Of a stretch of DNA of 64,000 nt, positions 48,922 through 59,870 are shown in pieces; the first letter of the stretch is position 1, and each line of letters starts with the position of its first letter. The position numbers and the translations under genes were made by a program. The DNA is from Octopus sinensis (Eukaryota). The DNA lies in NCBI RefSeq assembly GCF_006345805.1, contig NC_043024.1, forward strand, positions 7,192,001-7,256,000. Reading direction: 5' to 3'. Below the pieces are notes generated by a model, which was not told where the DNA came from, did no database searches, and was given only the letters and a program-made list of their open reading frames with translations.

Positions 48922-50670
48922 GGATCTTTTCGGTTTGACCGGCAGTTTTTTTTAATAATTTCCACGTAACTAAAAACTTTTAAACTTCGTATACTGGTAG
49001 AATGTGTTTATAAAACATCTTTTTCTCTTGGCTTTATTGAGAAAATTCTATGGTTTGTAAGATATTTGTTGGGGTTTTTTTCTTCAATTTCTGCAATTTC
49101 AACCAATCAATGACGTCTATTGAGGTGAAAACATTGTGCCGTATGAACATGCCCCTCGTTTAAGAAACAGGTTGGGTTTATTTACATTTCTGAAGAAAAA
49201 AAAAATATGCCCTCCCCCCACCCCTAACCCTAAAACATTGAAATGCAATAGATCGATACTAGGGTCATAATTATGGGTGACAATTTCATATGACACCACT
49301 AGAAAAAAACTGCCGTTCAAACTGAAAAGAGCCATGTTTCGTTTTCATCCTAAAACATATTATACACACGGTACAAAAAAATGTTTTTAAGAATTTTTAA
49401 TGGCTTAATACATATCAAACAGACACTGGACCCTGCTTTAGAAATGTATTAATTTGATTCTGTTAGATAAAATTTAGTTCTTGGATCATTTCAGTTTGAA
49501 CGGCAGTTTTTTTCTAGTGGTGTCATATGAAATTGTCACCCATAATTATGACCCTAGTATCAATCTACTGCATTTCAATCTGTTTTAGGGTTAGTTGGGG
49601 TTAGGGGTGGGGGAAAGGTAGCTTTTTTTCTTCAGAAATGTAAATAAACCCAATCTGATTCTTAAACTAGGGACATATTCATACGGCACAGAATATTTTT
49701 TACCTCAACAGACGTCATTGATTGGTTGAAATTGCAGAAAAAAAAACAACAAATATCTTACAAAGAATAGAATTTTCTCAATAAAGCCAAGAGAAAAAGA
49801 TGTTTTATAAACACATTCTACCAGTATACGAAGTTTAAAACTTTTTAGTTACCTAGAAATTATTTTAAAAACTGAAAAAAACTAGAAAAAAATCCCATTT
49901 TCCGTAGCGGTGTCGTATGAAATTGTCACGCATAATTATAACCCTAGTATTAATCTATTGCATTTCAATCTATTTTAGATTTAGGGTTAGGGGTAGGGGT
50001 GGGGGAAGGGTATCTTTTTTCTTCACAAATGTAAATAAAATAGGCGCAGGAGTGGCTGTGTGGTAAGTAGCTTGCTAACCAACCACATGGTTCCGGGTTC
50101 AGTCCCACTGCGTGGCATCTTGGGCAAGTGTCTTCTGCTATAGCCCCGGGCCGACCAATGCCTTGTGAGTGGATTTGGTAGATGGAAACTGAAAGAAGCC
50201 TGTCATATATATGTATATATATATATATATATGTGTGTGTTTGTCCCTCTAGCATTGCTTGACAACCGATGCTGGTGTGTTTACATCCCCGTAACTTAGC
50301 GGTTCGGCAAAAGAGACCGATAGAATAAATACTGGGCTTACAAAGAATAAGTTCCGGGGTTGATTTGCTCGACTAAAGGCGGTGCTCCAGCATGGCTGCA
50401 GTCAAATGACTGAAATAAGTAAAAAAGAGTAAAAAAAAGAGTAAACCCAATCTGTTTCTTAAAGGAGGGACATATTCATTATGCACAGAATGTTATTTAC
50501 CTAAATGGACTCCAGTGATAGGTTAAAATTGCCGAAATATCTCACAACCTATAGAATTTTCTCAATAAAGCCAAGAGAAAATGATGTTTTATATACACAT
50601 TCTACCAGTATACGAAGTTTAAAACTTTTTAGTTACCTAGAAATTATGTTACAAAGTGCCGTTCAAAAGG
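48922..50670. mobile_element. Cluster of three copies of the same MITE family: 48922-49333(+), 49482-49880(-), ~49900-50670(-, SINE-interrupted)
   Basis: Shared GGATC..TTTGAACGGCAG termini, AAACTTCGTATACTGGTAGAATGTGT core and CCCTAACCCTAA motif. Confidence 0.8.
50041..50442 (+). mobile_element. Most abundant tRNA-derived SINE (family A): A/B boxes, CORE-like CTTGGGCAAG, internal (TA)/(TG) tract, 3' stem-loop and (GTAAAAGA) tail
   Basis: Head TAGGCGCAGGAGTGGCTGTGTGG...GGGTTCAGTCCC. Minus-strand copies at about 10410-10930, 13135-13765, 14170-14562, 16780-17190, 19140-19503, 19770-20163, 36220-36597, 41075-41910 (three), 53250-53645, 57030-57740, 60110-60655. Confidence 0.85.
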
Positions 50671-50679
50671 AAACGATCC

Positions 50680-51543
50680 GACAGTTTGACTGGAACTGGT
50701 TAGCAGGAGAGCTATACCAGGCTCCAGCCTGAATTTGGCTTGGTTTCTTAACACCAACCACTCCGAGAGTGTAGTGAGTGCCTCTTATATGTCACCAACA
50801 CAGGTGCATTTGCATGTCAATGGCACGGAAGCTGTTATTGCCAAAGGTCACAATCACCCGTCATCGTCTCTGTGAGATTCCACATTCGAAGATCGTGCTT
50901 CACCACCTTGTCCCATGTCTTCCTGGGTCTGCCTCTTCCACAGGTTCCCTCCACGGTTAGAGATCAGCACTTCTTTACACAGCTATCCTCATCCATACAC
51001 CTCACATGACCATACATGTGGTGCCACATTTGCTCAATTTTTCTCTCTTACACTGTTGTAAAGGCACACTGCCATTGTACATCCAGCAAAGCATGCTAGC
51101 TTCATTTTTTTCCAATTCTCTGCAGGTCCTCAGCAGTCACAGCCCATGTTTCACTGCCGAGCAGCATGGCTGTTCTCACACAGGCATCATACAATCTGCC
51201 TTTCGCTCTGAGGAACTTAGCTACCAACAAAAGTAAAAGCTCTCTGAACTTTGCCCTTATTCTTATTCTAGTAGCTATGCCCTCAGAGCATCCACCTCCA
51301 CTGCTGACTTGGTCACCTAGATAACAGGAGCTATCATCTACTTCTGGGTATACCCCACTGGCATTTGATGGAGTCTATTTTCTGTACATTTCAAGTGTTT
51401 ATTGCCCCAGTACATCTGCCACACATAAAGACTTATTTTCCCTTTTAACCTTCCTCTGATATTGCTGCACCTCTTATGTGTCCATAGCTTGCACCGGGCA
51501 CATCTTAATGAATTTCTACCTACGCTTCTTCTACATACTGAGC
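50680..51543 (-). mobile_element. Second, degenerate copy of the PHD-RTE LINE with 3' UTR remnants
   Basis: Reverse strand gives SVCRRSVGRNSLRCARCKLWTHKRCSNI..CGRC, then RT C-terminal motifs homologous to 492-1028. Confidence 0.85.
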
Positions 51544-52720
51544 AATTCTAAAAAGTCTAGAGTTAATAATAACTATTTTCTTTTGCAAAATGTTTGGAAA
51601 AGCGTTTGTATCAAGTACCGACCGTATTACCCTTAATTTGTTTAGTGAATGGAATAGTAAACCAAATAGTTTTGTTCTTATTAGACTATTCTCTACATTT
51701 TCAATTATTATTGAATAAGATGTTTGCTTTTTAATCTTTTTATTCCTACTCCGGTTAGTATAAGAAAGATTAAAACAACAAAGTATTACATTGTTTCTCA
51801 TATTTTGTCTTTGGGCTTTAATATTCTTATCTTTAATATTTTTCGATTTATTCTTCGTTTTTCCGGTTATTAGATTTAAATCCATGTTAGCATCGGAAAT
51901 ATTTATGTTGTTGGAGGTGCTAATATTTACATTATGGGGACAATATACTAATTTCTATTTATATCCAGTTTTATTAGGTGTGACATTATAATAATCGGCA
52001 TTTTTATCAAAAATTTCTTTATAAGATGATAAATTTAAAATTCATTTAGAAATATTACAAACTAAAAAAGTTTTCACAGAACCTGTGTGGTTGCTTTCGA
52101 AGTTACTATACCTACGATTAGAGCTGTGTTTATGTTATGGTTGATATTCACCGGTAACAAGATTTAGATTAACGTCAAGGAAGTTTACCGATTCATGCCC
52201 ATTTTTAATCGTTATAGAGAGTCCAAAATTCTTAAAAACCTGTGAGACTTTTTCTTATATAGTTCTATCTTCCTATTAGACATGTTTATAATGGTAAAAA
52301 GGGCAGCATCCCTATAAAGAACTCCTTCAAGGTCAGGAAACTCCCTTCCTAGGATAAAAAGATAAATCCCAACTAAATCTGTAACTTGGGCAGAATCTGC
52401 CAATCCCATTGCTATATCAAACACATTCATACTATTAGTCTTGTTTTTCTAATGAATGCTTGCGTTCAAGAAAAGATACACACAGCTGAGTTTGTCGTAG
52501 GTTAGCCCTACATATAGAAATGTAACTTCCTTTTGAAATTCTCCCTGAGGAAATACCCAATTGACTGGTTTCGAATATGAGAATTTGAATTGAATTTTAT
52601 TTCTGTAATTGAGCTGATTGGTTGAATCTTGGCTGTTTTTTTTTTTTTGTCGGTCAATTATTTTTAGCGTTTTGACAGAAAAAAGTTTAACGTAAGCGTG
52701 CCCAAACAAGTCAAATGCTT
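51544..52720 (-). mobile_element. Degenerate Penelope-like element reverse transcriptase
   Basis: FDIAMGLADSAQVTDLVGIY..GVLYRDAAL, then (after a frameshift) SVNFLDVNLNLVTGEYQP*HK, corresponding to PLE RT motifs MGSYDGAE..LYRDDG..VNFLDV. Several stops. Confidence 0.75.
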
Positions 52721-53249
52721 ACACAGAGCAGGTTTTACAGCCACATCATCCAAACCAACCGGGTTTGTCTGAACAATTTCTGAAACTTCTCACCTGTTTA
52801 TCCAACATGTACAATTTTGTAATTCCTATTAACAAATGAAACGTGTGTAATGGAGAACAAATAATACCAAAATCTTTTTGCAACTTTTTGTTTTGATATA
52901 AACATCTCCACAGTGGAATGATAACACCAAGGACAGATAGATACCAGGGTGACACCATAGTAGGATGGTGAGAGGGGGTGCCATGCTAAGAGAAGTAAAG
53001 TTGAGCTAGGAGGAAAGAATGAACAGGTAGATGTAGGAGGTGATATCGGGGAGGGGTAGCGACTTATCATTGGGGAAACTTATCATTGGCCTGAGATACA
53101 CCAATATCTTTTGGTAACATACCATGTGTACTAGTTACTAACACATGACGAAGATGTCACGCTGCAGGATAGAACCTGAAACCAAGAGCTTCAAACCAAA
53201 CTCAATGACCTCACAACCATGCCTGTACCAACTGTCTTAGCACATTCTT

Positions 53250-53645
53250 TCTCTTTACTCTTTTCAGTCATTTAACTGTGGCCATGCTGGAGCACCACCT
53301 TTAGTCGAGCAAATCGACCCTGGGACTTATTCTTTTGTAAGAACCAGTACTTATTCTATCGGTCTCTTTTGCCGAACCGCTAAGTGACGGGGACGTAAAC
53401 ACACCAGCATCGGTTGTCAAGCAATGCTAGAGGGACAAACACAGACACACAAACATATACACACACACACATATATATATATACGACAGGCTTCTTTCAG
53501 TTTCCGTCTACCAAATCCACTCACAAGGCTTTTGTCGTCCCGAGGCTATAGCAGAAGACACTAGCCCAAGATGCCACGCAGTGGGACTGAACTCGGAACC
53601 ATGTGGTTGGTTAGCAAGCTACTTACCACACAGCCACTCCTGTGT
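53250..53645 (-). mobile_element. Family A SINE, full length
   Basis: Reverse complement of 50041-50442. Confidence 0.85.
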
Positions 53646-54194
53646 CACACTATAAACTTATAGCTAGAATTTGCTGAAATTGTCTGTCCTGTTACATTGA
53701 ACTTTGTCATAATTTTTATTACAATGAGGTCAAATCACTTCTTTGGAGATAGCTTAGTGATAGATTTTGGTTTAATAAAACAATGAATTTCTATGATCCA
53801 AAGTCTGTAAATTGGCTAAGGTATGTGTGTGTGTGTGAGTGAGTAACGGTATATGGCTCAATGGTTAGAGCGTTGGGCTTACAATCATGCGGTAGTGAGT
53901 TCAATTCCTGGGCCAGGCTGTGTGTTGTGTTCTTGAGCAAGACACTTTATTTTCATGTTGCTCCAGTTCACTTAGCTATAGAAATTAGTTGTGACATCAC
54001 TAGTGCCAAGCTGTATCAGCCCCTTTTGCTTTTCTCTTGGACAACATTGGTGGCATAGAGTTGGAAGACTGGCATGTTTAGGCAACTGCTGGACTTCCAC
54101 AAACAACCTTGCCTGGATTTGTACCTTGAAGGGCCACTTTCTAGGTGTAATCCCATTGTTATTCACGACTAAAGAAGGTCTAAAGATATGTGCA

Positions 54195-54492
54195 TCCAAC
54201 TAAAATGCAAATATATGGGAAATTACCACCTGTGTCATCTCTTGTGAAAGGTAGGAGAGTCCAGTTTGCTGGACATTGTTGTAGAGCTGAAAAAGAAGTA
54301 ATTTCTACTCTTCTCTGGAAGCCATCTACTCGCAACACCAGAGGGCGCACACTCTCCTATCCTGATGTAATCTCCAGGGATACAGGCATCCAGCAACAGG
54401 ACCTCCGTAATGCTATGATGGACCGTGAAGTCTGGCGTAGGATGGTAAATTCCATTGTCTCGACCACGGTCGAACAATGATGATGATGATGT
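54195..54492 (+). mobile_element. 5'-truncated copy of the 35582-36045 RTE family
   Basis: Same sequence (GKLPPVSSLVKGRRVQFAGHC...STTVEQ*) and (TGA)n tail. Confidence 0.85.
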
Positions 54493-54529
54493 ATATATAT
54501 CTGTATAATTTAAACATATTTAATTATGC

Positions 54530-54725
54530 GTGTGTGTGACCAGAAGAGAATTAATGCATTCGAGCTTTGGTGATGGAGAAGACTTTTACCGATTCCATGG
54601 ACAGCAAGGCTCACCAATGGAGAGGTTCTTAAGCAGATCAGGCAGAAAATGTCACTAGAAGCTAGGATCACCAAGCACAGATTGGCACATTTCGGTCCTA
54701 TTATGCGGTTTAGCAAAAGAGACCA
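54530..54725 (+). mobile_element. BovB-like RTE RT C-terminal fragment
   Basis: DQKRINAFELW*WRRLLPIPWTARLTNGEVL..RLAHFGPIMR. Confidence 0.7.
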
Positions 54726-55049
54726 GCAGAATAAGTACAAGGCTTAGAAAAAAAATAAACTATCCCAGGGTTGATTAAATTGACTAAAAATCCAAGGTGG
54801 TGGCCAGGTATGGTTGCAGTCTAATGACTGAAATAGGTAAAAGACAAATGCCAAAGGTGTCACACAGTGAGATTGAACCTGAAACCTAGTGATTGGGAAA
54901 TTAACTTACACAACAGACACATCATACATCTAAAAATAGGAGACACATGGCAAAGGTGTTGCACACTGGGATTGAACCTGAAATGAATTTAACAACATGG
55001 TCATACCAAACAAAAAAAAATAACAAACTATGTATATTTTTTTTTAAAA

Positions 55050-55908
55050 AAAAAAAGGGGGAAGAGGTTTTTTATTTCACAAAATAAAATAAAATCAAAA
55101 TATGTGTGTATATGTATGCACATAAATCTAAGTATGCATATATTAATGTATTTATATGTACATGTGTGTGTCTGTGTGCTTGTGATGCCTGAGAAGGTGA
55201 CAGACAGAGAAAGACACAGAGAGAGAGAGAGAGACGGAGAGCGGAAGGGAGAGAAAATAGAGACTCAGTAAACATGTGTTTGTGTATGTCTGTGTCTGTG
55301 TGTTTTCATTCAACAGAAGACAAGTGTAGTGCGTGCATCGTATGCAACCAATGCACCGGTTGTATATGGCTTTATGGACCTGTGGTTAAAAATGCTGGAC
55401 ATACTCGGAAATAGTCACGGAATACTGCATTGGCTGTTAGGCTTGTTCTTGTTGTTGTTTGTTGCGGGCAGGAGTCGTTAATGAGTGGGAATGGAAAACT
55501 TCTACGACAGGGGGGACAGGGAGAAGTCGGTTGCTAGGGTAGAAATGCAGGGTAGGAAAAGTCTTCAGTATTTTCCCTGGTTTTTTCCTCCCCTTTTCAA
55601 TGGGTGGGTAGGGATGGAGGGTAAAATGGTCAACTTGACACACCAACACGAAACAGCTGTCACCAACATTGTCTTGTCTTTTTTTTTGGGTGGTTATTTA
55701 TGTCTTTTTCTCTCTCAATTTTTTTTTTGATTTTTTTAGAACTTTTTTTTTCTTCTTTTTAAAAACAAACCTACAAAAGAAATTATCTGAAAAAGAGAAA
55801 AAAAAAAAATTAATTTAAAATTTCATAAAATGTAGAAAAATAAACAAATTCAGAAAAATAAAAAAAAGATTAAAAAAATTAAATAAATTTAAATTATAGA
55901 AGCACGCT
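55050..55908 (-). other. Candidate non-coding terminal (3' UTR) exon of the RanBD-like gene
   Basis: TTTTTACTATAG acceptor at 55909, unique UTR-like sequence, AATAAA at 55071-55076 followed by a U-rich tract. Confidence 0.35.
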
Positions 55909-55954
55909 CTATAGTAAAAACATTGTCAATACAACATCATCATCGTTTAACATA

Positions 55955-56440
55955 CAGCATCTCGAAAGAGTCCAGAAGCTGGCTACTCGCATGGTTCTTG
56001 GTCTCAATCATTTGTCTTATGAAGAAAGGCTGAAGACGCTCGACCTTTATTCTCTAGAAAAATGACGACGCCGTGGTGATCTCATTCTTGCTCACAACAT
56101 CATAAGCGGAAAGTGTAACCTCTTGAAAGAGCTGTTCTTCACTCCTGCTCCAGAGCGTCAGCTGCGGGGTCACTCCGAAAAGCTCTATCTGTGACGATTT
56201 CATCTCAATCGAAGGAGAGGGGCTTTCTCCGTCCAGGTTGCGGATCCGTGGAATAAGCTGCCGGGCGAGATGGTGAAGATGCCAACGCCTGCTCGGCTCA
56301 AAGTCTCCCTTGACCACAAGTGGCCTGAACTCTTTACATGAACACCACCCTGTACATAACTCCATGTCCCCCTACATGGCCTTGCTTTTTGCTTTTTGAG
56401 CCAAAAATTAACTAATTAAACTAAGTAAACTAATTAACAT
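55955..56440 (+). mobile_element. CR1-type LINE 3' end (different family)
   Basis: LERVQKLATRMV..LSYEERLKTLDLYSLE..RRRGDLI..LRGHSEKL..WNKLP, with internal stops and an (ACTAATTAA)-like tail. Confidence 0.85.
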
Positions 56441-57509
56441 CCGCTTTCCATGCTAACATGGGTTGGACGGTTTGATTGAAGTCTGGCGAACCAGGCGGCT
56501 GCACCAGACTCCAATCTGATCTGGCAGAATTTCTACAGCTGGATGTTCTTTCTAATGCCAACCACTCCGAGAGTGTAGTGGGTGCTTTTACGTGCCACGG
56601 GCATGAGGGCCAATCAGGTGGTACTGGGAACGGCCACGCTCAAATGGTGCTTTTTACGTGCCACCTGCACAGGAGCCAGTCCAGCGGAACTGGCAACGAC
56701 ATCGCTCGAATGTTTTTTCACGTGCCACCAGCACAAGTGTCAGTAAGGCGAGGCTGGTAACGATCACGCTCGAATGGCGCTTTGCCAGCCACTGTGGGCT
56801 TTTTTCTTATTGTTCAGGAAAAAATCCTTTAATTCTTAATCATTCAGATTACTCCTCTGTCAAAGGTAATCCTTTATTCACATTGTTTTGAATTAATCAT
56901 ATGTTATCTCGTAGCTTTGATATTTCGATGATGCGATTTGTATATTTTTACGACATTGTAGGGTAGGCATGAGAAGCCAGATCTGGTCAGTCTAACCCTT
57001 TAGCATTCAGATGACTGTCAAATGTAATACTCTCTTTTTACTCTTTTGCTTGTTTCAGTCATTTGACTGCGGCCATGCTGCAGCACCGCCTTTAATCGAG
57101 CAACTCGACCCCGGGACTTATTCTTTTGTAAGCCCAGTACTTATTCTATCGGTCTCTTTTGCCGAACCGCTAAGTGACGGGGACATAAACACACCAGCAT
57201 CAGTTGTCAAGCAATGCTAGGGGGACAAACACAGACACACATACATACACGCACATATATATATATATATATATACATATACACGATGGGCTTCTTTCAG
57301 TTTCCGTCTACCAAATCCACTCACAGGGCTTTGGTCGGCCCAAGGCTATAGTAGAAGACATTTGCCCAAGGTGCCACGCAGTGGGACTGAACCCAGAAGT
57401 ACTTATTCTATCGGTCTCTTTTGCCGAACCGCTAAATGACGGGGACATAAACACACCAGCATCGGTTGTCAAGCGATGTTGGTGGGACAAACACAGATAT
57501 ACAAACTCT

Positions 57510-57555
<46 letters not shown>

Positions 57556-57809
57556 AATATATATATATATACATATATATACGATGGGCTTCTTTCAGTT
57601 TCCGTCTACCAAATTCACTCACAAGGCTTTAGTCGGCCCGAAGCTATAGCAGAAGACACTTGCCCAAGGTGCCACGCAGTGGGACTGAACCCGGAACCAT
57701 GTGGTTGGTAAACAAGCTACTTACCACACAGACACTCCTGAATAATGTTCATTTATTCACATTGTCTTGAATTAATCACACATTATCTCAGATTTGAAAT
57801 TTCATTATA

Positions 57810-58061
57810 TACAAGGGGGTGTTGAAAAGTTCCTGGCTTTAAGGGTGTCGTGAAAGACCTGGTTGGAGGTCCAACCTTCTGAGTCCTTTTACAGGGCTTA
57901 GAAAAATCCCCTTGTGTATGTATGTATGTATGTATATACACACACAAATACATAAGACAGGGTGTTGTAAAGTTCCTGGGTTTAAGGGTATCGTGAAAGA
58001 CCTGGTTGGAGGTCCAACCTTCTGAGTCCTTTTACAGGGCTTAGAAAAACTCCCTTGTGTA
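57810..58061. mobile_element. Two tandem ~105-bp mariner-derived mini-MITEs
   Basis: TA|TACAAGGGGGTGTTGAAAAGTTCC...CCCCTTGTG|TA; second copy at about 57957-58061. Confidence 0.6.
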
Positions 58062-58781
58062 TTTCTGTTAAAAGACACCCTTTATTTCAATTCATTTTGA
58101 AAATACCGAAGAATTTAGTCATTTATTAAACCCATTAATATTCATATTATTCTGTCAAAATTAATGCCTTTTTATTCACATTGTTTTGAATTAATCAGGC
58201 ATTTATCTTATAGCTATGAAATCTTGATGAAGTAACCCATAACCCATGGCCTCAGTCCACTTATGCATAGCGTTCCCTCTTTGGACACAAAACTCTACTT
58301 GTGAAGACCTGTTGAGACAAGTGAAAATCGAAATTGATCAACATCAATGGAAATTATAGCTGTGATACCAGTGCTGGTGGCACGTAAGAGAACCGACTGG
58401 CTTCCGTGCCGGTGGCACGTAAAAAGCACCACCCGATCGTGGCTGTTTGCCAGCCTCGTCTGGCACCTGTGCCGGTGGCATGTAAAAAGCACCCACTACA
58501 CTCATGGAGTGGTTGGCCTTAGGAAGGGCATCCAGCCGTAGAAACATTGCCAGATCAGACTGGGCCTGGTGCAGCCTTCTGGCTTCCCAGACCCCAGTTG
58601 AACCTTCCAAACCATGCGAGCATGGAAAGCGGATGCTAAACGATGATGATGATGATGATAGTGGGGTTAGTGCAAGAGGCTGAATCTGGCCAGTTTGAAC
58701 ATAAAACAGACAAAATACGTTGGCTGGTTTAAATGCTAAAGGATAAAGTTGGTGTTCGGAACATAAATTAAGTTGAAATTT

Positions 58782-59410
58782 GGATCTTTTCCTTTTGAAC
58801 GGCAGTTTTCAACACAATTTCTAGTTAACTAAACACTTTTAAACTTCGTATACTGGTAGAATGTGTCAAAATAAAACATCATTTTCTCTTGGTTTTATTG
58901 AGAAAATTCTATAGTTTGTAAGATATTACGCCTGAAAATCCAAGCATTTCGGCAATTTTAACCAATCGATTACCTCCATTCCACTAAAATCATTTGCTGC
59001 GTCTAAAACTGAGACAACATCCTGTAACTAACCCTAAACCTCCCCCAAACCCTAACCCTAAATTTTTTTTCTTAATTGTTAAATTAATTTAATTCCATTG
59101 CTTTAGTTTTTTTACACGCGTAACAAATTAATTTAACAAGAAAAAAAAAATGTAGGGTTAGGGGGGGGGGGTTAGCGTTAGTTACAGGATGTTGTCTCAG
59201 TTTTAGACGCAGCAAATGATTTTAGCTCAAAAGAGAGCATAGGATTGGTTAAAATTCGAAAAATTAAACTACGTTAAACAAACAAATTACAATTTTCTCA
59301 AGAAAGCCAAGAGAAAAAAAATGTTTTATTTTGACACATTCTACCAGTATACGAAGTTTTAAAGTGTTTAGTTACCTAGAAATTGTCTGCCGTTCAAAAG
59401 GAAAAGATCC
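58782..59410. mobile_element. 629-bp foldback MITE, Merlin-like (GG termini, 8-bp TSD), with telomere-like repeats at the centre
   Basis: Termini GGATCTTTTCCTTTTGAACGGCAG / CTGCCGTTCAAAAGGAAAAGATCC. TSD TGAAATTT at 58774-58781 and 59411-59418. Confidence 0.8.
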
Positions 59411-59446
59411 TGAAATTTTGATGGAAGGTTTTCATTTAGATCCCTT

Positions 59447-59672
59447 TAACCCTTTAGCATTTAAACCGGCCACATCCGGCCATAAGTATTCTCCCTGTTT
59501 TATGTTCAAACTGGCCAGATCTGGTCTCTCACACCAACCCTACAATATTTTAAAAATTAACAACTACCTCATCAAAATCTCAAAGCTACAAGGTAATGCC
59601 CGATTAGTTCAAGGCAATGTGGATGAAAAAAACCTTAATTTTGGTAGAATAATGTGAACAGTAAAAGGTTAA
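59447..59672 (+). mobile_element. Second TTAA-CCCTTT MITE family
   Basis: TTAACCCTTTAGCATT...AAAAGGTTAA. Reverse copy at about 14585-14782; fragments at 23060-23200, 56860-57010 and 58140-58745. Confidence 0.65.
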
Positions 59673-59806
59673 AACATAAAGTTTGTACCACAGGACCAAG
59701 GACAGTCACAGGTGGGTTGATATGAAAAGGGTCAGGATTCAAGCTGGGATTTAACAACCCACTCACTTCCACCACCGATAATTATCAAAACAAAAAAATG
59801 CCTTAC

Positions 59807-59870
59807 CTGGTTCCTAAGTACTATATATATATTGTTCCGATATATTCATTTCTTTCGCCATAGTTTTCCC
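59807..59870 (-). CDS. Last coding exon of the same gene (GKTMAKEMNISEQYIYST*), with a donor 7 nt after the stop
   Basis: TTTCCTTTTCTGTCACACAG acceptor, phase 0 matching the previous exon. TAG at 59814-59816; CAG|GTAAGG donor at 59806. Confidence 0.65.

Noticed and set aside
55314-55412. Plus-strand CxxCxxCxxCxxC peptide after an acceptor-like CAACAG
   Set aside because: Short, spacing is not the 4Fe-4S CxxCxxCxxxC motif, no upstream partner exon; better explained as the antisense of a 3' UTR.
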